64,000 nt of DNA from Fimbriosthenelais zetlandica (lineage: Eukaryota): positions 22,754,001 through 22,818,000 of the forward strand of contig OZ365112.1 in assembly GCA_977030845.1 (NCBI GenBank). The letters are read 5' to 3'. Shown here one piece after another: positions 25,501 to 37,500 of this stretch. The notes under the pieces were generated by a model, which saw only the letters and a program-made list of their open reading frames with translations, was not told the DNA's origin and searched no databases. Within the stretch, counting starts at the first letter, position 1. Every line of letters starts with the position of its first letter. Both the position numbers and the translations under genes were made by a program.

Positions 25501-28500
25501 AAGACAAAATCAAGTTATAACAGTTGTAATTAACTAAGAGAAGGACCAATTGTTGTATTATGTAGGCCTACAATAAATATGTACCATCAAGGTAGTTTAT
25601 CAGACGGGCAAATACACCAGCATCTAGAGCCTTCTTGCCAATAGATTTGACATCACCAAGTACTCGCTCTGCTGTAGGATTCTCTGACAAGTCCCCAAAC
25701 AGTCCCACAAAGTCAATGATGCTGAAATGGTAACAACAACATTTGTCAAAACATTTTATAAAATGCTTGCATCACTTTCAGTCAGACATAAGCCAAACAA
25801 AAATGAGCATAAAAGTGATGGAGGGCTTACTCTTTGTAGAGTTCTTCGGGACCGTTGTCAGCGAGGAAGAGCTGTAGATCAGGGAGGGCCTCACGGAGAG
25901 TGTCCAGAGACGGGATGTCACCCAGCGCACTAATCACTCCTGTCAGGTTCTCAACATTAGCCATGATGTCATCAAATGACATCAGCGTCCCAGTTAACCA
26001 CGTGGTGTTTACACTGTACTTGGGTGGAGTACTTGACAACTGGAATAATAAAATATTTCCTAGACTTATCATCCCTAGAAGTCATTTCATCACTTTCCTT
26101 GAAATGTCAGAATAGTCAATAAAAAAGACATAGACTATGATAGAGTTCAAAATGTCAGTACAGTAAAGACATCATACCTTGAGGAGTACCTTGCCTAAGT
26201 CTAACCCTTGTTCTATCTGTTTGGCTGTGTTGTTAGACAACAGTGCACTGCAGAATTCTCTGCTGAGGGTGGTGACATTGACCTCTGCTGTGTCAGGTAG
26301 AGCTAGTAGTTTGGATAACTTACTAGGATCACACAGTATCATCCCCAACTCACGGGTTGATGACTTAGAGGTGGGCAGCTGGTAGACAAAAACACAGGTA
26401 ATTTAAACTGATTAAAGGAAAGCAAAGAGTATAACCATTTTGGATCTATCAATGTTTAAAAGCACCAATGATATAAGAGGAAAATCCAAGAGAATATAAT
26501 CCAGTAGAATATTACGATACCTTGGTCAGGTCAAGGGTGGCAGTCATAAAGGCATCGACAGCCTTTGGAGTCACATTAGCCACATCTTCAAAGTATTCAA
26601 CTATTCCAGTAGCATTGGTGAAGAGGTCCGCGACATCAGTCCACACTGACAAAAATATGAGATATTAATGTTAACAATCTATCCTTGGATATAATTAAAC
26701 AATGGGTCGACAATGTTCAAATCTATACTTAATATCATCTGCTCAATATAGAATATTACCTGGTTCTTGCTCAATGAGGACAGACAGGAAGAGATCAAGG
26801 AAACTCTGGATTTCGGGAGAAATATTCTGGAGGAATTCTGGTAAACCTGGGAACTCTATAATGAGCTTCTGAATGTCACTCCATATTCCAGCAAGCCTGA
26901 AACAGAGGAATCATCAGTAACAACCAATCTTAACAATGTACAAACATGTGCGTATCATATAACCTTCTATATATAGTAATTCATGAACTAAGGAAAAGTA
27001 CTTACCCTTGGAGTTCAATAAGAGCTGGGATAGACTGGCCAGCTGTTTGAGCTAAACAAGTAAGGGTCCTGTCCAGGTGGAGTTGTAGCTTAGCCATGGT
27101 TTCTTCAGTGACTGAGTACAGAGTCATCATACGGCCATACACCGTACTACACTTCTCAACTTCCTTACCTTGCGTTATCTAATAAACGCCAAGAGGTATA
27201 TGTTACTCCACTGATCAGGCAGAAGGTCACAGGGAATTTTAATGCTGAACAATTGGCAATATCGAACCTAAGCTAAACTAAACCAAATTGTATTCAAGGC
27301 ATAACTAAATTGTTTCTCAACTTGGGATAGCTATATAGGTGAATCAAATGCTGAAAGGCTTACCTTCATGATGCCTTTCATAATTTTACTCTCAGCAGCT
27401 TGTAAAGAGAGAGCTGTGAGGTTCAGAGTCTTCATACCACAAAACACTGGTTCAAGCTCTGAAAGTAAATTAAATCACAGATGGTTAGACGACCAAGCAA
27501 TGCAATATAGTACTATGAATATCAAACACAGAACTTATGGTGATATTGTGGAGATCATCATCCACAACTTTCATGAATAAAAGAAAGAGTATACTTCGTA
27601 AGCCTTACCTGGAAGTCCTTCCACTATGTCAGTCAGTCCACTGATCCACACACTTGCTGGTTTGTGCAGTATTTCTGGAACTTGAGACTCAATGCTTATC
27701 TTATCTAGTGTGCTACACACACTGTCCATGTTCACCTGCGAGTAGTTAGTTGCCCAGTCCATGATGGGCAGCAGCCAGCCATTGACCATCTCATCTGAAG
27801 CACTGACTCCTGGCACTGTGGTCAGTGTCTTTACATTGGCCAGCATTTGGTAGACATGTTTGGACAGTTCACTCCAGGGGTTCTGCGCAGCTGAGTTGTC
27901 CACATTCTGAAGCTAAAAGGGCAGAAAACCACCATTTATCAATTAATCAATTTATCAGGAAAATCAAATGAAGATTTAGCTTTATATTTAACTTGTATTG
28001 AGTGTACCTCGGTGATGGTAGAGTTTATGTCTATAAGGTTAATGAGTTTCTCTAGTAGAGCAGGTTGGGTGCTCTCCTGTTTACACATGGCATCCATAAA
28101 CTCATTATCTGTGTCTTCACATTTACTCATGTTTATCCACTTGTCACAGCAGGCGACTTTGTCCGTTAACATCAGTCCCAGCTTCATTCGAAAAGAGAAA
28201 AAAATGTGTGTATGTGTATATTGGGAAACTGCTGAAAACACCATGGCTAAACTGCAGGAAGTAACAATAACAACCAGTGGGAATGTATTATTAATTACCA
28301 TTTCTGGAGGAATCGACCCTTCTAAATAAGTTGAGAACATTTCAAATGAAGACAGTTCTTTCAGGATATCCTTCACTTTCTCGGAATCTGGTAAGATTTT
28401 AGTCAGTGGGATCTGCGAATCGGTGGCTGTAAAAAAGGAACATCGAAGTATTTAAATAGAAATAATTTAAGGAAAGATGAGGTTATTAATATTTTAGAGC

Positions 28501-31500
28501 TGACATTCAAGAAGAACGCTCCTGATTATATTTTAGTTGAGTTAAGTGAAATAATTGCTCACCTTGGGCTTTTTCCAGCAGTGTGTTGATATATTTAGTG
28601 AGAATGAGGGCTTGCACACCAAGCTGGCCGAGATTACTGCCATAGTACCCACCCCAGCCATTCACATACATCTCACTTTGTAAAACACCCATCTGATACT
28701 CCAGGCTGAAGATGACAAGTCATTCATCAAGGTTAGTCGAAAATACTGATATTTTTCAGGCTCAACTAAAAGTTGAAATTATATTAATTGCACTACTTTG
28801 CTGCGAAAGACTTTGAATAGGAATTCAATGTTCAGTACTCACAATGCCATTGTATGGTTGACGGCCTCCAAATCGATACTTCTCAGCAGGTTATCTAGGT
28901 TACTCAGGCCACTATCTCTGACCATCTCCTTAGTCTTGTTGTTATTGCTGTGTTCAAGGGAAGCTATGAGATCAATCAACGTCTTCACATTAGTGTCTAA
29001 TGTGCTCATGTCCAAGACATTCCTACCTGTGGTCATTTCAGGCGAGGTCATATTATCACTGACCATGGTCATCTGGATCTTTTTGAACTGGAAATAAATG
29101 AAGGATGCAAGTGTAATATTTACAGAAATTAATACTGCCTTTGAGTTTGGTTTAAGTCTATCTATATCTAATACTTACCACATCAGTGACTTCTACGATG
29201 ACAGTAGTGTCAAAGCCAGCCTTGTGTAGAGCAGCGGTGAGAGAGTCAAACCACTGAGAGGCGGGCTGTCCACAGGTAGCCTCAGTGACAAGCAGCGAGT
29301 TATTACCCAGATATATACCGGCTTTATTGGATACTAGCTCAAATGCTGTGTCATTACATACCAACTGCTGCATCCCGGCCAGTCTGGCCAGCGCTGTCAA
29401 CTGTCATCAAAAATAAAATCATATAAAATATCAGTATATTGAAGAACGTTAGACATCATGTATGTAACGCCTGCGTGGGTGGGTGGGTAAAAGGCAAGCA
29501 GGGGTTCTTAAAATGGCCAAAAAAGGTGTTACATTATATTGTGGAGGACTCCATATAAGAATTTCAATATTTTGTAAACTTGCATAGATATGCATGGTAT
29601 CAGTCATTAGGTGCCAATGAAAATGGTCAATTTTGGTATACTACTCACAGCTAACTTTGCATGGGAACACCCTAAGTAGTATATAAAGAGGTGCATTTTA
29701 TGCTGTTAAGTCAGCAGTGTCATGTCTGCATCAATGACATTCTGGATCCAAATTCCTAGATACTTGAGAATATATATTAGAAAATATCAAGAAAATAATG
29801 TCGAGATAGGAGCATCATCTGATGAAAGCTATGCACCGAGGTAACATAGTCTTTACCTCAGGCCTGTCTCTTAGTTGATGCAGCAGGTTGGTCTGTACGT
29901 CTGGCAGAGTCCGTACAAGTTGTTTGTAGAGCTGTGTAAAGTTGGCTGAAGATTCCATGACCAACTTCACGTTATGTCCAGCATCTAGGTACAATATAAT
30001 AACACATTCTATTGATAAGCTCTAGGATCATTATGATAATATTTAATGTTTAGCACGTATAACCTGATTCAATGACAATATAATTGATATATAAGTGATT
30101 TAAAACAGTGAGAATGTTACTGATATTACCTTTCATTTGAGTGAGTTGGGTGTTGACCCAGGCAATGATTTCATTGATTGTGAAGGCAGCAGCTTGTAGT
30201 TCAGGTATCTGACCAAACAGTCCCTCCATAGTCTGAACAAATCCAAGCAATCTGAAAGAGTATAATTATGGATATTTATATGTCGTTATTAATAGAGATG
30301 CATGACAAAGACAAATTTATTAACTAAATAGTTACATACAAATAGGCCTATATTCCAATACAAGGGTATGGTAAACAATTTCAATCTATTTTTCAAAATA
30401 TATGTATACAAGAAGCAATAATAGTGAAATCAATTGGAAAATATTTTGGGATAAAGCTCTGCTAACAAAGCTTCGATTACGGCTCTACTACACATGTTTG
30501 ATTAAGAACAGGTTTAAGAGACATAATGTAGATCTACTAGATCTCTAATGCCGCGAGAGAAGATATAAAATACATTGAAATAAAAGATTCTCAGGGTGGT
30601 AGAATTAGGGAGGACAAGGCCAGTCTTAAAACTGATCGACGCTGATATGAGGTTACACAAGAGTTGAAATAGAAGGAAAATCTACACGGGGTTAGCATTG
30701 AAGTTGTATACATAGATATCATGGAATTAATTGGAAAAAGAGATATCATGACAGTTTGAGATGGATAGTTTTGGGGTTCTCTTCATTAATCAATTTAAGT
30801 TTGTTATACCATACCTGCACTGCCAGTCACATTCTCTGGTGACATTTGTGACCTTTTTAAGAAGGGCTTTTCTGAGGGCACCAAAGAATACTTGGGTCAA
30901 TACTAATGATAATACTAGCTACTTTTAAGACAATACTGTTGAAATCCCAATGCAAAAGTCGATGTAATAATATATCCCTGATGTAGATAGCAGATTACTT
31001 ACTGTGTTTCCATCTGAACCTGTAGGATCTTGTCTAAGAGTGGTGTCAGAGAGGTAAAGTTGAGCAATAGTTGGAGGTTAGGAGCTAGAGCTGGGGGATT
31101 CTCAATTAACGATACAAGTATCGATAACAACTGACTGGGGTCTGTGACCGAGGTCAGATTGTAGGGTGCCGTGGACGTGATGTCAGGCATCTCGGGGTTC
31201 TGCATCTAATAGAAAGATCATAGAAGATCAACATTTGACAAGTAGGATCGCCAAACAACCTTCACTATATATTCTATACTGATTAATCTTTGACATAATA
31301 ATGAATTTAGTGTACAGTTTTATTTAGATATTTGACTATATGTGGCTTTGCACATGATTATTTAGGCCTACCCTGGAGATTTCGTTGAGAATTCGGTCAA
31401 TACTGAGTGCCTGTGAGAGTTCCTGGGAGAGGCGATTAAGGTCTAGATTACAGAGGCTGGTCTGTAGAGCTTGTAGGTTGGGATACTCGCCCCCTGCTGG

Positions 31501-34500
31501 TAGAGTCATTACTTCACTCAGAGGTCGTCCACAAAGAGCTGCTCTAATTAGCTCAGGATCTGTCAGGTTACCCACCTACATACATTACAAGACAATATCA
31601 CATTAAACAGATACCCGGGGTCTCAGGGAAAGTAAAGAACTATAAATATTCTTATAGTCATTCTAAATTAATCTAATTTTCCCTAATTTTAAAATTTCTC
31701 AAGTCACTGTTGGTATAGAGGGCACTTACCGTCTCGAGTTTAAGTGAAGCCATTAGAAGTCCATCTACCTCCCTATCAGTAAGTTTACTGAGAGATATTA
31801 GTTGAGATCTGATGTTGGGAGCTCCACCCAGTAAGTCATCGATTGTTACTGTACCATCTATGAAAGGGAGAAAAAATATATTGTTATAACTGAAGATATC
31901 ATGGAACAAAGGAAGATTTCCTAAATTAGTTACAAAACATAGGCCTATATGAACCACCTCTCCCGATGATTTGGTTTATGCTACTCAATGTGGAAGATAA
32001 TCATAATTCAAATGCCTAAATCCTTAACAGCATAAAATGCACCTCTTTATATACTACTTAGGTTGTTCCCAAGCAAAGTTAGCTGTGAGTAGTATACCAA
32101 AATTGACCATTTTCATTGGCACCTAATGACTGGTAGCATGCAGATATATGCATGTATCAAGTTTACAAAATATTCAAATTCTTATATGGAGTCGTCCCAC
32201 AATATAATGTAACACCTTTTTTGGCCATTTTAAGAACCCCTGCTTGCCTTTTACCCACCCACCCACGCAGGCGTTACATACATGATACAGCACTAACGTT
32301 CTTCAAATACAATGCCACTTTACCTCTAATGGCTCTCATTCTCTCAGTCAATGTGGAGATTATGGTATCAATCAGGGGTTGTGCATCAGAGAATAGTTGG
32401 TACGCCTTTATATTACCATAGGCCGTCTGTATTCCTAACGATGTGTAGATTAGACTGGAATGGAAGGTGAGAATGCTAAGATAACAACATTTCAATTGGA
32501 AGTTGATACGCCAATTCAAGCTGTGGCCAAATTGAAAATTTAATGTCGAGTTGTAATAGATTATAACAAAGAAAATAAAAATGACATTCAGTTTTAAATC
32601 AAACTTACAACTGCTCTATAGATGACTGGTCAGATAATGGGGTAAGAGCCGCTGATATGCGGTCTATCCAGGAGGAGAGATTGCCCCGGTAGTTGAAGAA
32701 GTGAGTAACATTGATAGGCGAGACAAACATGGTCCCTATGTGGGCCTGGAGGAGTTGGAGGTTGTGGAGGTATTCTGTCCAGTTGACAGGCTTCAAGAAG
32801 TCGTCCTCTATCTTGTTACCAGCGAGCTGTTAAAATTCATCAAAAAAGTTAGTTTATTACTGATAAAACCCCGAAAATATTCTAAATAAAAAGACATAAG
32901 GAAATAAGGCTAAACCGTCTTCACCTTATCGATGAAAGCATCCCATTTGAAGAGGGACCTGAGTTCCACATCCATACTAGGGTAATTTGCCTGACAGACA
33001 ATCTTGCTAATGTCCACATCCGAAATACCACCGTCACATAACAACGACAATATATCTGTACTGTTGCTCCAATTTATCTGCAACTAAATACATTTCAAGG
33101 ACTGGTTAAGACATCACAATGTTTGGTAAACCTAATAATTCAGAGTCTCATGACATTCATTTGCTGAAAATGGACTAGAGACATTAGGTCTTACGAAAAA
33201 AGCTGATCGAAAGGTTACCATAAATTCACAATAATCCACTTACAAAGCGGTCTAAACGGAAGCCGGTGGTCATGAGCTCAGTGATGAGGTTGGGAGTCAG
33301 GCCGAATGTGTCACTTAGATAGGTTGACACCAACGGCTCATTCTTCAATATGTCTCTAAGCGTCACATTAACTGCAAAAAGTTGAGAAATGACATTATCA
33401 TTATGCCTCCGGGGACTCCGAGGGTCTGGGCAAAAACCAGTTGTATGAGATTAATAGAAATTGTAAACTTCCATTAAAAATTAATTGACATGGTCATTTC
33501 AAAATAATTCACGAAAAAAATAAAACAAATGCTAGTCACCTCTTAAGGGAGTTACTCTGCCATTCAAAACCTCGGCCATGTAGTTCACATACGATGCAAC
33601 CGTTGTCACATAATGTTCTAACTCTGGGTCACTTCTGAGTTGAGACATTTGTTGGTTAGCCCATGCTCCCACCCTAAATGAGAACACATAACCGTTTAGA
33701 TACCAAATAAAAGAGTGGGGTATGGTGATAAATTTGAAAAGAATATTTCTGGTTAGGATGTTATGTCAATGCTCATGATAAAGGAGCTCACCAGTTGAGG
33801 GTCTCAGAGTCATTCATAGCTGGAGTGATGAATGCCTTATTCATGTTGTCAACCCAAACAGTCCAGTTCCCTTTGTAGCCTATGAATTCTGGCAGTGTTG
33901 GAAGTGTTACATTGGTGACGAACCAATTAACTAACCGCTCTGTTTCAGTTAAACTCTTCACATAGCGTTCCCACACAAGCGGAGCTGGGTCAGCTTGATC
34001 AATAAACTAAAAGAACAATTTGATCAAGATATAGTTCAAATACTCAACCTAATAGTATGATTGCTCCTAAGAATTTTCACTTTTCACTGCAGTTTAGATG
34101 AAAAGAATGAAAAAGCTAATCAGACTCACGGCATTTCTGATGACTGTAACATTGAACTCTTTAGATAGTTCGTTAATCATGATCTGGGCATCAGCACTAC
34201 AGAGGACATCTTTGGCAGCTGTGATGTTTGCTTTCACCTGCCCGGGGTCTGGGTAAGTGACAGCATCAGTACAGAACGGGTTGGTATTATCAACACCTGC
34301 TGCCAGCCGGGTCACCTGGAATCAAAAATCAAATTAATTTTAACAACTGACGTTTAATCTTTCAATTAAAATAATATAGATTGAAGGAGCAAAAAATGAA
34401 CAGAAAATGCAAAAGTCACAAGATGAGAAGAACCTGTAAGCACTCACCACAGCCGAATCAATGTTGGAAGCCATCAAAACGTCGATAATATCAGGTAGCA

Positions 34501-37500
34501 TATTGAATGTTTTCATGAGGTAGTTCTTAGTGTAGTTGGCATTGGTCAACAATGAAGACAACTGTACTCCAGAACCTACAAGAATGACATGTTCATTACT
34601 TTTTATAAGTGTATAATACATTTGTGATAAACGATCAATTCATATTAATTCTTGTAAATCGTCAATACATAATGAACACCAACCTTGCATTCTATGTATT
34701 TTATTGTTTACCACGTCCATGAATGTTTGCACTGCAGAAAGTATCTTCATTTCCTCTTGCCAGAATTCAGTGACTTGGTAATGCAGTGCTAAGTCATGCA
34801 TTAAAGTACCATAGCTGTGTAGCAGGAAGATAGGTAAAAAGATACATCAATTTTAACACTTTATTTGTTATCGAAAATGAACATGTACGTCTTTCGTCAA
34901 TGTAAAATTTAGATCTGCGTTCAGTTTTATCTTGGAAACTTGGAAACCTGTAAAAACATTCTGACTAAATGCATGAATCGAAATTTACCTGAGCAGATGT
35001 CTGCCACCCAGACCAGTGAGAGTGGCCCATACATCCGGGTTACTGACAAGAGTGAAGTTAGCTATGCTGGAAATGTCCTGGCCAATAGCTTGTCCATTGG
35101 AAGTATTCATCATCCTGAAGTAGGTGTCCAGCAATGTGCGCAGGCCATTTACAAACATTGACATATCCAGAACAGGTGCGTTTCTTGGTGCTGTTATCTG
35201 TAAACCAATAAGACATTGTGTCACTTACTGCAAGTTTTGTTTAGAGAATCAGAAGGAATTGTTCAGAAATACAGATTCTGATGACTTAATATTCCCCCAA
35301 GAAATGTGATTTTCATTTATAGCCGGAAAAGTAAGAATAGTGGGCTTTTGGTGCTTGGGTTCAATCATTCTAATTCTCAACAGATTTTACCGAAGGATTC
35401 ACTATTCACCTTCTTAAGAAGTACTGTAATGTTGAGAGACTTCTGAAGGTCTGCAGTTATAGCTTCACTGATGGGTCCACATATGAGAGGAAAGATGCTG
35501 CTCAGGTCAGAACTAGCCGAGACATTAAAATACTCCATGAACAGTTCTGGATCACAGAAGATCTGATTCATGTCTTCAGGTTCAAGGTTCATCAGCGCTC
35601 CAAGCTGTCAAGAAAGACTCAATGTTAAAACAGGATAAAATCTTTTGCAGACCACAACTGAATATAAGACGTGAAGTAGCACATACCTTTTCAAACTTGG
35701 CTCTGAAGGTGGTGAACTCAATGGCAGACTGCAAGGGTAGATCTTCTTTCAGCATTGCCCAGATATAGTCCTGATCACGAATGAGATCATTCAGTATTAT
35801 TTGGCTTTCATCTTTCTCTATCGACCTCAGAAAGAGGTTAGTGTAGTGAAGGAAATCTCTAGCCACCACCAAGTACGAACCGAACAAGCCACTTGCGTTT
35901 GGTCCATAGACAGCTTCAACCAACGCCCAGAAGTTAGCAACCAAGTCAGTCGTGTTCACTTCAGTGTTCATTATTTTAACTGTAAACTCATCAAATACAG
36001 ACTGTAACTGGTCAACGTCTACCTCAACAGGTAAGAACGTGGGAGGGTTTGTGAGAATCTTTACAAGAGCATCTGTGTTCTGACCAAATCTGTTCATGAC
36101 TTCAGTAATATTCACAGAGTCTGACAACGAGTCGTTGATCACTTGATTAATGCGGTTGATCATTTTAGGGAGACCAAAGCCATCTAAAACTTCACGGTCT
36201 AAAGCTGAGGCATTCACCTGACAGATGACCGTGTAAAAGTCAGTCATGTTGACGGAGTCTGGGATACGGTAGATACGTGAGATCTCCCTCACTGACGAAC
36301 TACACAGGTGATGGAGCATGTTAGGTGAGGAGAGGAGCTGAGAAAGCTGGCCAGCGTTGTTGATGGGAGCATATAAGAGCCAGCCTGTCACCTCAGGGAG
36401 GTTGTTGAGGAAGGCTGTGACCACTTGATGGAGCTGGGGTGTCTCCTTCAGTAACGTACCCAGACTCATCTGGTTCTGCTGAGCCCAGGACACCAGATCC
36501 AGCTCCACCGAGTCCATCAACACTGACAAGATCTGGTACATACCCTCCACAGTGGAGTCATTAGACATGCGCAACATGTCAAACAGAGAGGCGTAGCTGA
36601 AACGGTCAATCCAACAGTACATCAATGGCTATCACAGAGAATAAACGAATGGAATTACTTGCAAAATGAATAAAAGACAGTTATAAGACAAAAAATATAG
36701 AGTACTTACTTGGCATAGGAATAGGCATCACTGTTGAATTGGTTCAGGGCGTTTGTCCAGAAGCTCTCATCTTTCCATGGACCCAACAACTCAATGCTTA
36801 TATTCTTTTCCATTAGCAAGTTTATTAACATTGACAGATTGACCATTCTGTCATATGTTTGGCTCCAATCTACTGGCTCTGTATTGTTGAGCTGTTGAAA
36901 ATGGAAAAATAATGTATATAGTTTCATGAAGAAGTATTTTCTATTGAATAAGTAATTTATACTTCCGTATTCATAGGTAATCATTCCCTAACAAAGTTGA
37001 AATCGTGTGAAAGTCAACAAGATATACCTGTAACTCTATGAGAGGGATGGAGAACTCCATGTACACTTCCATTATCAATCTCTCGGGATGGATTTTCCTC
37101 AAATCTTGTCTTAAAGCCGACAAGTCGATCTGGACATCATTTGGAATCAAGATGTATTTCTTGAAATTCTCTTCAGAAGATGTCAGATGTCTCCATGTAC
37201 TAGAAAAGTCGCCCACTGTGAATAGAGCCTGGAACTGTACCCAAACATCAGATTAGTGTGGTTATAATGGTATAATGTCAGGTGTAGAAAGGGGCCAATT
37301 AGAGAGGAGACTGTGGGGGAGAGGGAGGGAGAAAGCTGTAGAAAGGGGCGAATTAAATATGAGGATGTGGGAGAGAGGGAGGGAGATAGCTGTAGAAAGG
37401 GGCGAATTAAATATGAGGATGTGGGAGAAAGGGAGGGAGATAGCTGTAGAAAGGGGCGAAGTAGAGAGGAGGCTGTGGGACAGAGGGAGGGAGATAGCTG

